This document shows positions 1 through 14,900 of a stretch of 64,000 nt of DNA, in pieces. The stretch is from NCBI GenBank assembly GCA_053919585.1, contig CM132792.1; one strand, written 5' to 3'. Each line of letters starts with the position of its first letter. The stretch's first letter is position 1. Origin of the DNA: Euprymna scolopes. Its lineage: Eukaryota. The translations under genes were made by a program, and so were the position numbers. The notes under the pieces were generated by a model. The model was not told the DNA's origin. It was given only the letters and a program-made list of their open reading frames with translations, and did not search any database.

Positions 1-828
1 ACATCTTTGTTAAATAAGGTATTTACTTCAATAATGTTTCATTAAATATGTCTCATGCTACTGGCAGAGCAAGTATTCTACACACTGATGACTGCCGGTA
101 AAATGGATGAAACACGTGTGTGGATTAGAATTTAAATCATATCTATTGTAAGTTTAATTCCAGTAGTCATATATTTATTCATGAAAAAACATATCGTAAC
201 ACCATAATATAGAGTTATATATCCTGAACTTTTCACGTATATTTAAGTAGCATGGGTACTTGATGTTGTCCAGGTGGAGAGAGGTGGTATAGTAAGGCTA
301 TTGTGCAATCAACCCCCAGCCGTAAAAAAAATAAATAAAAGAAATAAAAGAAATAAAATAGCGAGTGCCCATGCGACCCCCCTCCCCGGCCAATACAAAT
401 TAACTGCGGTAGCCAGGTTTGAATCTGTTAATACAAAGGAGGAAAAGGGGGTTAAAAAAAAAAAAAAGCAAACGCCTTAACCGACTCGGCCACCGTACAC
501 CTGTGATGTCATAGGCCTTAGAAATAACATGTTTTAAACGTACGTTGAGATCGTAAGGCGTGAATGACTTTCGAAAATGTTGATGCAAAAACTGACTCCT
601 CCTTGCAAAAAAAAAAAAACAGCACAGTTGACGGTCAAAGAATTGATCTTTTTGGCCAATTTTTCGATATCTGTCGCCCAAGAGATCGACTTTTCTAACG
701 ATGCCAATTTTGTCATGGTCTGATGCAGCTGTCAAGAGTATTTGGGCGACATACAAACACACAGACGCACTAACACATCTTTCCTTTTATATATTAGATA
801 AACTGAACAAATCGTATCTTCTGAACTA

Positions 829-866
<38 letters not shown>

Positions 867-1317
867 TATAATACAGTTTTATTTAACTTTCAATTCTCAT
901 CTTATTTCTTATATTAATTACTCCACTTAATCGTGTGCAGCTTTTACTATCTTGATATGTTTGTTTGCTTAAAGATTATACCTTTACCAACCTCACTTTT
1001 TACTAATTGGAACATTTTTAAATGAATATTAATTAGTTTCATACCATCATGAGTGTATGAAGTGATAATTACTGCTGGTTAGGAGATCTGAACCCAGTCA
1101 CAAAGTTACCTTTGACTTCGTAGGCTAGCATTCTACTTCCAGGCCACCGGCAATTAGCACAAATATTGAGGGGAAATTAAGTGTCTATATACGTCATGTC
1201 ATAGTAAACAGTCAGAATGTATTCAACAACCGGAAGTCAGAATGTTGCATAAATATACATGCAAGGCATTATACACTCCCACATACATATATATATATAT
1301 AAAAAAAATTATATTAA

Positions 1318-1351
<34 letters not shown>

Positions 1352-1378
1352 TTAATATAATTTTTTTTTTTTTAATGC

Positions 1379-1422
1379 CTACAGATACTAGTGTTTCATC
1401 CTTTTGGGAATCATCAGTGCAG
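1379..1422 (-). ncRNA. Minimal type I hammerhead ribozyme-like motif (family B copy)
   Basis: CTGCA-CTGATGA-TTCCCAAAAGGAT-GAAA-C-ACTAGT-ATC-TGTAG. The flanking sequence to about 1480 is homologous to 19079-19136. Confidence 0.6.
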
Positions 1423-1477
1423 GGTGTCACGATTACCGCTGGTCGGGAGATCTAAACCTGGCAACGAAGCCATCTCT

Positions 1478-1535
<58 letters not shown>

Positions 1536-1799
1536 ACGGAAAATTAGAATAGCATACATATTCTGGGGAAATAGACATAAAACAGAAGCTGAAGAGTTTG
1601 TTTGGATTTGAAACCGACGGTAACGGTGTTCTGGTCTTGATGTGCGTGAATTATATATATGTAATAGATAGATATCTTTAGAAAACAAAAGAAAAAAACA
1701 AAATGTATATACAGAGAATGAGTGCGCATTCAAGGGTTAAAAGTCAGCATGTCTTTCCAGAAATAGAGTTCAGAACCTTTCATGCGAGAGAGATTTACG

Positions 1800-1830
<31 letters not shown>

Positions 1831-1909
1831 ACTTTTTGTCCAAGCAAAGACATAATTACGATTTATTTTGAAACAAATGAGAAGAAAAAAAACGGGGATA
1901 ACAAAATCA

Positions 1910-1975
<66 letters not shown>

Positions 1976-3099
1976 CTAATTATGTATGCTTTTAGACATT
2001 TGAAGAAATGTCATGAATACATCTAATCCTATAAAGCGGAATGGAAGAGATTAGATGAAAATCAATCTGGTTGAAGATAATTGCATCAGCGTTGGGATTC
2101 TGAAATGTTTGAAATGCCAGAGAACAGTGACAACATCCAACCTCATGATGAAGAATGCAATGTACTGTCTCTAAAGTTTGAATATATATCAGTGTCTACA
2201 TTTTCGAAATGGTGAAAGCAGCAATCTCCCACAAAATCGACTTTTTGAAATAAAAAAAAAAAAATAAAATAAAAAACCCAATCACATAGGTATATGCTTG
2301 AGATTACATAGAATCACAAGTGGAGAGTCTGCTATCAGAAAATCCGACTCCCGATTCGAAAGACTGTTTGAAAAGAAAAGAAAAAAAAAAAAAATCTTGC
2401 GAAAATTGTTGACTCCAACTTACAACCTCAGAGATTAAGAATCAACTGAATATAAATCTAACTCCAGATTTTTTTTTTCTTTTTGTATCAAAGCTTGACA
2501 GACTCCTCTTATTATATATATATATACACACACACACACATATACTGGTAGGGAGACCAGACGTTGCCCGGGATTGAATGATAATCAACGAATGTTTCAC
2601 ACTCCCATATTTTTATTGTCGGTGAAATCGTTCATTTTTCAATCAAATCAATTGATTGCTTGCTCTAAATTTGGGGGACCCATCGGTGCATCAGAAGGAA
2701 GTTTCACATGCCTCCCAGCAATGACTCGGTCCACAATACATTTTAGTCTACATTGCACTGTACAGAACCTACTGTTGATTTTATAATTTTTTTTTTTATA
2801 TATAATGGCTTGAATTAAAGTTTAAAATGAAGTCGCGTGACAGAAACACTCATTTCGAATGCACCCCTGTCATATCAAAGAACCTACTGTTGATTTTATA
2901 TGTCGGGACTTTTGACTTGTGTGGTAATAAAATTTTTCAAATGCACTGGTGTTATGATTTTAGGCTGTGTAAGATGTTAACTTTAGTCAAAATCACCCGT
3001 TCCTTTTTTCATCAGATTATTTCAATTTCAATACTTATGAAAGACATTCCGATACAAAACCTATCCAAGAACAATGCCAGACACAAAGTACATTTGTGG

Positions 3100-3136
<37 letters not shown>

Positions 3137-3378
3137 GGGCCAGCTGTTTAGAAGTGCATAGAGAACGAACTCACAGGCACATGGACAAAGTTCTTTATAT
3201 ATAATAGTAGATATATACACACACACACACACACAATTATTTCAAACATCAATTTTCTGTATTAAATTCAACAGTGCCCAACACAGGAGTAGGTATACTA
3301 GTTTGATGATTCCCTATGGGGATGAAACACAAAAGATTCTATGTAGCTTAATTGCTATTTTCATAATTTTCTCTCTTC

Positions 3379-4060
3379 TCTATCTATATATAAAGTAGTA
3401 GCTTTCGTGTATGTGTATGTACAACTCTCCTACAGCCCACACTACTGGACCATTCATGACCAAACATCGCATGAAGATGGTCCCCCAGCAAGGAATGGTA
3501 CACACCATTTTTCAAAGTTACGGTCAAAGGTCATGTATACATACTCTTCTACAGCCTACACGACTGGACCGGTCATGACCAAACCTGACATAATAGTCTC
3601 AGACCTAGGGATGGTACACACCATTTTTCAAGGTCATATTTAGTGCAGTTCTTCATAAACTCCGCCACCTAGGTATGGTGCACACCAAGTTGGGATTCGT
3701 CACCATCCCTGGGGGGGGGGGGGGGCTCTGCCATCATGGTGCTAGCCAACTTCTTTGTGAATTTGAATCAGATCACCATTCTCCACCCCCATCCTCTCAA
3801 CCAATTAAACAAATATTAACCACTGTGATTCTTTGCAACTGTTTCAATTTTTATGTGTGACAATATAAGTGTCTACTTTGATATAACCTATTTGCTTTAA
3901 AGTTCATAGTTGGATTTCAGTCACTTCAGGAGGTAGTTAAAATTTTAAACACCTTAAGAAATAGTTGCTCTTGCAACATCCACTTACTGCAAGGGTGACT
4001 GTGAAGCGGGTATTCGAGTGTATAGCAAAGTTCCGCACGAAGTGTGGGTATCTTTGCTAG
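3379..4060 (+). mobile_element. Non-autonomous Helitron-like element
   Basis: 5' TCtatctatatataaa, 3' hairpin ccgcacgaagtgtgg followed by CTAG-T. Confidence 0.7.
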
Positions 4061-4554
4061 TGTGTGTGTGTATATATATATATATGTATATCCCCAAATT
4101 TATAGAACAATATTTTTAAGGTTAACATCCCTTATAATAATCGTCCAAATTGTTTCAAATAACAAGCTCAATGAAGTTATGTTTTCGGCTTCAGAGTATA
4201 TGTACTAGTTGATTGCATCATAGTGACCAAAGGAAAGAAAACACAAAAAATTACTCACTTTAAAGATGATAATCAGATAAATATATATGCGTAGGTATTT
4301 ATAAAGGATGATAGCAATGCAGTAAACTGAAATATTGAAAAAGGTGATGAACAAAAACAATCAAAGAGAATATTTGAGACAGTTGGCTGCTTGGAGATCC
4401 ATCGAAAGAGATTACAAAGACTGGAGTTGAAATTGGGCAAAAGTAGATCGGCCAAGAAGATGAAAAAAAAAAAAAAAAAGAATCGCTAGGGACCGACGCG
4501 AACAGACAGCTAGCAACGGACAACAGTTGGAGTTCTTTTTATGCTACAGAACGA

Positions 4555-4600
<46 letters not shown>

Positions 4601-5863
4601 TGTGTTGTTCTATCATAGCACGATCACAAAGGTGATCAAGTCACAAAGCTACTACTAGAAAACTGCTCATAAGAATACTTATGGCAGTGGAAGTCCTGGG
4701 AACATGTTTACCAGAAAGAACAGTTGGAAATAAGTCATGCACCATCCATAACTATGCAATTCCTACAGCTATATACCTAGAAAATAGAATTATTAAACGT
4801 GTCACGGTGAAATAGGACAAGAAGAAGAAAGAAATCCGAGTAGAACTTAGTGTCGTTAATGATGTAGAGTTAAACAAAGCCGAGAGGGGAAAAAGCTTAC
4901 GAAATACCAAGGTCTTACGTTCGACACGAAAAGAAACTGGAACCTTAGGAAGATTTCCATCATTCCAGTAATTATAGGAACAACTGGATTCGTGAAAAAA
5001 GAAGTTCAAAAACTACCTGGCAAATATACCCGGTGAACTAAGTGCAAGAGAGATTAAAATAATTGCGCTTAAATAGGCAGTTAGAATCTTAAAAAGATCT
5101 CTTGCCTGGAATGTACGAGATAGCGAGTGAATGTCTGGCATCTGGTAGGATGCCCCATCCCCAGCTATAACAAAATGATTAAAAAAAAAGTTTAACCGGA
5201 GATCGGGAAACAATGATAAAAATGTGCAGGCATGTTACTCATCTAGCTGCAACTGACTTTCTAACCTATAATTAGTCGAACAACAGGTGGTGCACCCAAG
5301 TGTTGGGATTCTGAACACGTTCTCTTTAAACGCCGTCACCACACACTGACCTCCACCGGCTCTAACCACTCCCCCATATCTCAATTTGTGCAAATAACTC
5401 AGACTTGGACTACTTTTCTATTTCAAAAGGTAAGTAGGGCCAATTACGTTAATAGTTAACAAGCTAATGAAGCTAACTTGGCGGCCACTAACACTCCATC
5501 GTTGCATCCATTGAGAGAAGATTAGGTTGTTGTTAGCTGTTCTTTCATTCACCTGTTGCTTGAAAGCTAATTGAATGTAAATAAACGATTAGCCAACTGC
5601 TTCAGGTGGGATTAGGGAGGAGGCGGGTTAGGTAAAAGTGGTTGTATATATTAATAAATAATTTTTTTTTTTTTTGCACTATCTGAAAGGGTCTGTTTCC
5701 TTTGTTTTGTTTTGTTTTTGTTTCGTTTTTAATCTTGGATGCATGATGATGTAGATATAGAGAGACAGAGTTGTGATAGAGGTGAAAAGAAAGAGGGAGA
5801 AACGGAGAGAGAGAGAGAGGGGAGGGAAAGAAAGATACAAAAAGAGAAAGCGAGCGAGACATA

Positions 5864-6263
5864 TCTATCTATTAAAGTAAACGTGTCTGTGTGTCTGTGT
5901 ACATTTCCCTATGCAATAACTGTCAATTTTTAGTCTACAGACTCGAAATTTGATATACAGGGTACTAAGATTTGGGTAAATCTATGTGATCGGTTTTCGG
6001 CCAGAAATTTGGCGATTAAGGGGTCAAAGTTCAACAATTTGACCTTTGAGAACTCTACCAAACTCCAACAATTTTGGGCTAAACACTTGTAATTTTAGAT
6101 ATAGGTTCCTTGGACATGTATCTAACTTAATAACTTGGTTTGATCCCAAAACAATAAAGTTTAAGGGGTCATAATAAGGGTCAAAGTTAAAAAAATTGAC
6201 TGTTTTTTTTTTTTGCTGAACATACACCTCCAAATACCCGGGCAACGCCACACACCCATGCTA

Positions 6264-6264
<1 letters not shown>
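5864..6264 (+). mobile_element. Non-autonomous Helitron-like element
   Basis: 5' TCtatctatt, a short gtct/gtgt microsatellite, 3' cccgggcaacgcc and CTAG before T. Same family as 59500-60795. Confidence 0.75.
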
Positions 6265-6308
<44 letters not shown>

Positions 6309-6649
6309 CATAGATAAATATATTTATACTAGTAGGTAGACCCTACTTATGAGAATAAAATGTTTCATCCTCCCATATTTTTATTATCAAAATCGATTAA
6401 ATCACCCATTTTCTTAAAATCAAATCAATTGATTGCTTCAGTTCGACCCCTCCGCCGCAGTGTATTGAAAGGAAGCTTCACATGCCTCCTCAATACATTA
6501 GTCTACATTGCACCGTAGAGAATTTATAAAATTATCTGTAAATAATGGCTTCAATTAAAGTTTGAAATGCAAAAATCAAGTATCATGGTTCAATTGTGCT
6601 CTAAATGAACGCACCCTTGCCTTATCAAAAAACTGTATGAGTTATGAAA

Positions 6650-6713
<64 letters not shown>

Positions 6714-6821
6714 AACCCAACCAATGGAGCAATACCTCTGATGTGTAAAATTTTAAGAAATATTCATAACGGCATGTTAAGATGTTTAAAATCTGTTTGC
6801 TGTTTCATAATCTTAAAAAAA

Positions 6822-6854
<33 letters not shown>

Positions 6855-6993
6855 TGAAGACAAATAGAGTTTTATAAATCATATTTCCTTTTTGTTACCG
6901 TTTTGGTATTTTTTTTTTGTTTTTATTCTTTTACTGTCTAAAATGGTAAAAAATAAAAAAAAAAAATAAAAAAAAAATAACAAAAGCTATATA

Positions 6994-7374
6994 CAGGGTG
7001 TCCGTAAAGTTACCATACAGTCCAAATGTTTTATTGTATTATATTTGTATTAATAGTTAATATTTATTTTTGTACCGGTTTATTTAATCAAGCATGCCAC
7101 GCAAGCTAACTTTGGAAGAGCGCAAATTTATTTTGAAGCAAAGACCTCCAATTTGAATATTTGTCATAGAAATTGTTTGCCTTGATTGTTACAGTCTTTT
7201 CAGAAGTAACACGTGTATTTTCTGAGATTTTTATAAACATAAAGGTGTTATTTCTTTTTATTTCTTTTGTTACAAATAAATATTTTAATACAATATCTTA
7301 CTGTACTGTTAATATATTACAGGGTGTCTGTATAGTAACTTGTAAGACTGTATAGTAACTTTACGGACACCCTG
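6994..7374 (+). mobile_element. Tc1/mariner-type internal-deletion derivative (MITE)
   Basis: TIRs cagggtgtccgtaaagttaccatacagtc / gactgtatagtaactttacggacaccctg are flanked by TA on both sides. The internal remnant MPRKLTLEERKFILK resembles a transposase N-terminus. Confidence 0.8.
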
Positions 7375-8407
7375 TATTACAAAGCTGCGAATTGTAAATA
7401 TTAACATTAGTGGCGTTACTTTGTATTCGCCGACCTACATCGTTTGAATCTTCCTCTGTTAACTCTCCAAAGTGACTGGCTTCTAAGAAGAAACTTCGAA
7501 CTTTAGCATGCATTCAGCGAATAACGAGGAAGGTGCACAGTTTGAACTAATGGATACCATAACAGATTATGCAATCTGTTATGTATCATATTCCTACCCT
7601 CACTATATTCTTTTGAATGTTGCAGGGCTAATCTCCTCGCTGCTTTGGTTGCTTGGAGACCTGGGTAAAAAGTACCTGCCAAGAATCCGACAAGAGAAAG
7701 ATCAAGAAATCACCAGTACCTGTCGGACTGGGGTACGTCGCCTGGGTAGTACCTAGGAAATCCACCCTTCCAGGCCTTGCCACTTGGCTTTCGGGTGGAG
7801 TAAGTTTATCACTTACTACTTGAGCCGCTCCTACTAGGGAATGCCGACAGGGACTGTCCATGCAATTTTTGCTATGCCATATTGCTCCTCCTTTAGGGGT
7901 GCTGGCTTGAACACCAACCTTCCAACCTTGTGTCACATCATGCTGAGATGGGCAGCATGTAAATACCTACCATATTCAAATTCCGGCGGATCTATAGTGT
8001 TATATATCAATACTGTTGGGGAGTATCTAAATACACACACCATCCCCATTATGCGAAAAGTAACAAGTTTAGTAGTATATACTCAACCGTTTACAACATT
8101 ACAATCGTGTTTTTCAGCATTGGATTACTAAAGGATGGTTTTGAAATAGACAAATCTTTACAGTTATATGGTTAATATGTATTTCCTATCTAACTTATTA
8201 GGTTTATATCTATTTCTTATATAGCTTTTCACATATTAAACGAATGTAATACTTGAGAATTGAAATTCACTCCTCCTTTTGAAGGTTTTATTTGTTTTTT
8301 GTTTTTTTTCTGTTGTGACGTCATAGATATGAAGTTGTTGAGAAATCAAAAGGAATTCGTCCATGAACACTGCATAAAACATGTTGCCAAAAATCTAATA
8401 TAATAAT

Positions 8408-8695
8408 CACGGTTAAATCACGTTGACACACCGGACCCCGCTGGATCACCAAAGTTAAGCAACGTTGAACCTGGTCAGTACTAAATGGGTGACCATTTGG
8501 GACTTTCAGGTGCTGTATGTGCTCTCTGCTTATCTCGGCATTGTTTCCAGTCGTCCTGGTCTTCTCCTTGCCACTGGACTACAAACAGTGCCGATTCAGG
8601 AGAGGTGTTGTTGGGGATTGCGCAACCCTTACCTCACAATTACACGCGCTACTGCCCCTGAAGGGTACCCTTTGTCTTTCAAGATTGAACGGAAG
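8408..8695 (+). mobile_element. 5S rRNA-headed SINE (SINE3-like)
   Basis: Collinear with 24940-25230 over both head and body. Confidence 0.8.
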
Positions 8696-9335
8696 CATGG
8701 AATGGAATATATAAAAGGCAAAATGAGCAGGAGCATTTTTGTATGTCCGCAAAAGGCTTTTTGCATCGGGGTTCTCGCATCGGTTAGATTCCGTGAGAAG
8801 TTTTCGCATACTTCCCAGATCATAATATCTCAGATTCGCAAATGGACATTGTCTCTATCTTTTTTTTAATACAGTTAAACAAAATTCCCACCGTAACGTC
8901 ATCTCCAGTGTTTGTCTTTTTCGTATAAATAAATCAGTACCCCCCACCCACCCACCCACCCACATTAAAAACGACCTTGGGTCGAATTTGCTTTCGTTGG
9001 AGGTTTAAAAGAAATGCCATTTCTGCAAGTCATCTTGACTACGTTAAATTTGAATGTTTTAGACTTCCGGTCGTATCATGGATTAGCGCTTTCTTTTCTC
9101 CCTTCGCGTCAGGGTTTGAGCCTGCCTGCCTACTACTACTACTTTTTTTTTTTTTTTTTTTTGCTCAATACACACCTACAAACACCCGGGCAACGCTGGG
9201 CATCCAAGCTAGTGCAGTAATAACTGAAAGCAACACTTTGATAATCGACAAAAGTGAAATGCCCTCCTAAGATTTGGTCGGTGTGTCCACCCATTTATCC
9301 TTAATAAAATAATGTTAACTAATTAAGAGACTAAT

Positions 9336-9370
<35 letters not shown>

Positions 9371-10135
9371 AAAAAATATATGAACTAACGAATGTCTTAC
9401 TCTCCTTTTCTGTACATGTAAAAAGAATTTTTAGAAACGGAAAACATCGCAGGTTTAATTTTGGATGACCTACCATAATATGCATCCTCGCGAATGAGGT
9501 AAGAAATATCAACTAGAAGTTGGAGAAAAGGAAATTTCCTAAAATAAACAGTAAAATATTTAGAAATCCTCACCCATACAAGTCTTTCATAATCAATTAT
9601 TGATTATGCTGAAGTATATTTGTATCTTAGAATAAAAATGTTATCCTAGTAGTTTTTAATCAGAAAAATGCTTAAAATCGAAAGAGTTAAAAAAAAAATA
9701 AAATATAAACAAACAAAATAAAAACAAACAAAAATAAAACGCACAAAAAAATAAAAATGACAAAATTGACAAAAAAAAAAAAAGTTCCAATCCCTTGACT
9801 GATGTTTGGTTTTAATATTTATTTATTTTTTTCATTTTTAATATATTCTATTTTTACCTTTTTTGCTCCATGTCAGTAGCGTTTGTTTCTAGTGTATTTT
9901 GCTTTAGAGCAACCTCGTTTTTAACGAAATGGGACGTGGGGGAAGGCGAGTTGTGAATAAGAGGACACCAATGATGTCATATCAGACAATAAAGACCATG
10001 CAACAAAAGTGGTGGGGGTGGGGCGCGACTATGTCTGATGAGGGAGAAAAATGATGGGTTCTTCTTAGCATTGTCATTTTCTGAAACAAGCTTTGATAAC
10101 CCTAGCACAACAGAAACATGTCTGTCTGTCACACG

Positions 10136-10224
<89 letters not shown>

Positions 10225-11037
10225 TAATAGCTTTTTTATCCTGACAATACAGTTTTAGTTACACAATCAAAGCATTTACTCAAATTGATACAAGAAATCA
10301 CAGACAAAGCATAAAAAAATGGTAAAAAAAAAAAATTGAATAATAAGAGAAATAAAAGAAAAGAATTTAAAAAGTTGAAAAGAAATATTTTTTTTTTCAA
10401 AAAGCTAAACTAAAAAAAATAGGTTGCCTAACATTTACATCGAGAATGTGCTAAATGGTCGAAGAAACATTTTTCTATAATGACAAAGGATGGAAAATAT
10501 TTAATTTAAATAATGTAACGCTGTGTGTCTACACATCTCTGCGCACGTACGTGTGCATATGTGTAGCACATGTTAATACATATGGACAGCTAAGGAATAT
10601 TTTAAACATGGAAACCAGGAATGCAGAAAACAATTCGGAATGCATTTTCAAAACTAAATAAATATAAATAAATAAAACTAAAATTGTTCTTTCTTAATAC
10701 CCTCCCTTTAATAAATAAATGGAGACAAATCCAAGAAAAAGAAAAATTTATCTAGTGTGTAGGTTAAAAACTGCGAGCAAAAAAAAAAAAAAAAGTGGAA
10801 TTTATAAAACCCAGGCAGAAGTAGCAAAACTTATCAAAAAACTAACTCTATTGTCCCAGCGTTGCTTGGGATCAATTGCATTTAAATGCGTTTTGCAAAT
10901 ATTTTTCTATGTTCTCTAACCTGGAACAGTAAATAAAAGTGATAAGAGATTCATGTAGTTCGCTTGAAGCATTGTCAAGTGTGTATATAAAGGAAATTTA
11001 GAAAAGTTAATACAATGTAGTTCTGTATTATGTAATA

Positions 11038-11459
11038 CTAGCCAAGGTGCCCGGGTGTTTTTGGAGCAAAAAAAAAAAACAAAAACAAAAAAAAACAAAG
11101 TGGTAGTAGGCAGGCAGGCTCGAACCAGAGACGCAAAGGCGGAAAAGAAAGTGAAAGAAAATCTGACGTTTTACCTCTGCTCCATGACGCAACCAGAAGT
11201 TTGGAACATTAAAATTAAGCAAAGTCAATCCAACCGATACGATGAGTTGCAAAAATGGCTCGCAAAAAATCGACCCCTCATTGTAGAAAACTGCCCAGTT
11301 GAGGGTGAAGTAATTAATGTTTTTGGCCAATTTTTCAATATTTGTCATCCGAGACGTCAAGCTTCAAAATGATACTGATCTTGTGAAAATACGTCGCCTC
11401 TGTCGAAAGTTTTAGGCATACATACATTTAAACAGACAGGTGAGATTTATATATAGAGA
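11038..11459 (-). mobile_element. Helitron-like family (other copies at about 8990-9212, 59046-59484, 61403-61868; related 249-798)
   Basis: CTAG end with cccgggca hairpin, shared body (ggcaggctcgaacc, cgtcgcctctgtcgaaagttttaggca) and a TC..tatataaa 5' end. Confidence 0.7.
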
Positions 11460-11709
11460 TTTCGTGAATTTTCTTGAAATATTATACAATACGCAAATTC
11501 CATCTGACCATGCTAACAGAAGTAATAACACAAAGCAAATATTAAATACATATTGTATCCATAAAAGGTGAATCTGCACCAGTTATATATCTTAATTTGC
11601 TTCAGTTTGTGTCTATCCTTACACCTCTGCAGTGTAAAAAAAAAAAAAAAACTCTTTAAAATTCATACTAAAATTTATATAGCTACAAACTTCGTTTCCA
11701 AATTTTTTA

Positions 11710-12178
11710 GATGAGGATTGATAATTTGTATTATTTGAATTCTTCAGATTACTGTTCTCATCTTGAGTGGCATTTTCGCAACATTTCAGTCAATGTAATC
11801 TCCAACCTTCTTCAGGTTTATCTGTCAAACTCAGAAACTGACACGGAATTCCGAACGGAACCCTTTATTTAATTCATGGGAGTAACATGCTCTCGTTTGC
11901 TCAGCCATGAGAAATAGAGGTCCTAAATAATTTGCAATGGTATTTTCAGTCGCCTACATGGAGATTTGAACTTTCAACCTTCAGAAGAAGGTTAGGATCT
12001 CTATCCAGACGTAACTGACGAAAATGAGAATATGCTACCCCTTTGAATTTAAGGATTCCGTTCAAAATTCTGTGCAGATTCCCGAGTTCACTAAGACACA
12101 CCTTAAGAAGGTGGCAGGTTAGATTGACTGAAATGTTGTACAAAATGACACTCAAAATGAGAGCAGTAGCCTGAAATA
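11710..12178. mobile_element. Family A element as an inverted pair
   Basis: About 11745-11900 and 12020-12175 are imperfect inverted repeats, each carrying a decayed CTGAAGAAGG...GAAA motif. Confidence 0.65.
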
Positions 12179-12629
12179 TGCAAATACAATCATCTGCAAA
12201 ATCCCACCCCTTCAATCTAAAGGACCCTAGATGCTAGCAACCTTTCTACTCTAATAGCTTCTTGCCCCAGCTTACGTTTGGAATTCCCTCTCTCCTGTTT
12301 CTGACTGTACAGACATCCAGAAATTTAAGTGTAATGTGAAAAAACATCTCGCTGCACAACTCCCCACTTGGGATGTCCCTATTACTCTGGCCCCTCAGAT
12401 CCCAGTGGCAATGTGCCTTGTTTGGGATGAATCTAAGCGTAAAATATATATCTACAATCAAATATAATCTTGTGATGTTGTGGCCTAGAAACAACATGGT
12501 CGTCTGAAACGGAAACAAAATATCAAACCAGCACATTCGTCAAAAAAACTGAGTGAAACTAAAATGAATTAAAAAAAAAAAAAATGAAAGTGTTTTATAA
12601 GTATTATTCAAAATTTAAGTCTTTAATTG

Positions 12630-12838
12630 AGCTGCCTGCCTGTAAAAGTTTTCCGCTGGCCTGCTTTCCAGCTAACTATAACATGGTCATCTTCAAGCCC
12701 AATGTAAACAAGTTCTTGTTAACTAAATAATCAAATTCTATCCAATTTCCACCATTTCCCTGCTGGCTCACTGATCACCTTATACTCATTAAACATTTTG
12801 GGCTTCGATAAGTGGTGACTACCTTGTAAAAACAAAAA
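12630..12838 (+). mobile_element. 3' end of the LINE family seen at 42138
   Basis: tgctttccagctaactataac...cttcaagcccaatgtaaacaa...gataagtggtgactaccttgtaaaaa matches the reverse complement of 42138-42330. A further short 3' stub lies at about 46545-46612. Confidence 0.7.
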
Positions 12839-14556
12839 CTATTCAATTTCAAATAATTAAACAAGACTTTTTATTATTATTATTTCGTTTCAGTTTCACT
12901 CAGTTTTCCATGAGTGTGCTGGTTTCGTTTCGGACTCGGTTTTTATTTTTGGATTAAACTCTAATTCAGGTGGCCATTTTGTTTCATGTTTTTGCTACAT
13001 ATCAACATTACCTAATCAATTTTTTTTTTTTTTTTTAATCCTGGTGTCTCTACTTTTCAGACAGCATCGGTTTGCAAATTACAACCGATTGAAAATAACT
13101 ATTGATTTCAATTAGACAGCAATATCAGTCAATTGAATTTTATAGCTTTGTTAAATGAAAATCGATTTATGGATTATATCTATTATTATATAAACTAAGC
13201 AAACATAATCGATTTTCATTAATTGAAAGTTGAAATTTGGAGGAAAAAAAGCTTATTTCACTAAGTCTCTATTTACTTGTCTCTACACGAAGGCAAAGAT
13301 TTGTTTTCTTCATCAAGTCTTAGATGATGTTGTTTCTCGATTTATGATGGAATACGGCCGAGGGGTCGAGTATGAAATTGATAAAAGCCACTTTTTTTGT
13401 AAATAAAACCATTTTAAAACAAATTGTAAAACGTATTTCCCTTTTTTTTTTTATAAATATCAAACGCGAGTGCAAAGTTCAGCCATTTTCATAATACAAG
13501 ATTAAGATTAAAAAAAAAAAAAATGCTAGGAGAGCGTTTATTTTTATTGGTCCCTTTTTTTTCTCTCTCTCTTAAAAATGTAGACCAATTTTTTTTTTTT
13601 TTTAGATTGTTAACTGTTTTAATTATTAATTCTGTTTCGATATTTTCACAACTTATGTTAGATGGAGGATTTTACTGAAGGATTTATGTCCCTCTTCAGA
13701 TAAAGCGAGAAATGAGTGGTGGATAAACTTGCATAAGGAGATCTTTATGCTTGGATTGTCGTTAAACGGTAATTATTTTTATAAAGCTTTTATTTTTATT
13801 GTATTCCTTTTTATTTTAGAACTATTTCTGCACATCGTTAACAGGAATATAAACGAGAGGCATTTTACTGTCAAATTAAAAATAATGTAGGTCAAATCCA
13901 ATCAGTTTTTTTAGAAAGACAAAATGGCGTAGGGAAGCAATGCAAGTTTTATGGGAAGGAGGAGAAGTAGGGAGAAAAAAAAACATTAAAAAAAGGCATG
14001 GGTTTTATTTTTTAAATATGAGAAAACATCTGGACACTTGACACTATAATTGCCGGGTCTTTTTTTTATGTTATTTATCTCCCTTCTTGGTAGGACAAGC
14101 GTTGGAAAGAGAGGTCGAAGAACTAGCGCCCTCGAAGAGGAGCGCTCTGTCCTACAAAAAAAAAAAAAAAATCCTGAGCAGCCCTATCAGTATTTCTCGA
14201 TAGAGGCATTTCTGGCGATTAGCAATAGACTAATCCCTTTCTCAAAGAGATGGCAAAATCTAGGAGGATGCCCCCCCCTCCCTAGCACAGTACAGAAATA
14301 GCAACATACCACAATCAACAGAGGAAAGGCCATTTCAGGCTATTTGTCAGAACTAACTTTCAATAAATCTACTGTGTGAAATTGATATTTTAAAAGTTGG
14401 GCCTAAATAGCATTTACACTGCAAGCTTGTCTTTGTGTGTTCACTGCACATGTCAAGAACTATAATGTCAATCACTGCTCTAACGGGATTTAAAAAAAAA
14501 AAAAAATCACACCTCAAATTTCAAAAACAAGTAATGTGTTTCTGAATTTTTGAGAC

Positions 14557-14900
14557 GAGGATTGACAATTTTGTATTATTTGGAGCAGTGGTGTAGCGCA
14601 TAAAGTACGGAGTTAAATTCAGCTCTAAGTGACACTCTTCTGGAGGTTGAAGGTTCAATCCTCATTACAAGCAATACTAAGAATACAATTGCAAATTATT
14701 TAAGACTTCTATCCAGCCATGGCAGAAGGAACGAGAACATGCTACCCCTCCCCACAGATTAAATAAAGTGTTCCATTTGAAATGCTGTACAGATTCCCCA
14801 AGTTTGACGAGACACACCTAAAGAAGGTTGGAGATTATGAAACGGTGTGAGAATAACACTCAAGATGACAACAGTAGTCAAAATAATACAAGTAACAATG
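14557..14900 (+). mobile_element. Family A tRNA-headed hammerhead SINE with a short inverted copy of its 3' tail at the 5' side
   Basis: A-box-like tggtgtagcgc (14589-14599), B-box ggttcaatcc (14652-14661), decayed hammerhead cacctaaagaaggttgg...gaaacggtgtg (about 14815-14848). 14557-14581 resembles the reverse complement of the tail aaaataatacaagtaacaat. Confidence 0.65.

Noticed and set aside
1584-1625. Apparent hammerhead CTGAAGA...GAAACCGACGGTA
   Set aside because: Stem II is weak and stem I is absent. Comparison with 20272-20345 suggests the motifs were juxtaposed by an internal deletion.
4280-5250. Possible downstream exon or RTE-like LINE remnants (AWNVR-like motif near 5104)
   Set aside because: No sustained reading frame or splice signals that I can defend.
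8465-8869. Paralogous ORFs at 8465-8869 and 25001-25387
   Set aside because: The similarity comes from the 5S-SINE sequence and the frames are not preserved between copies.
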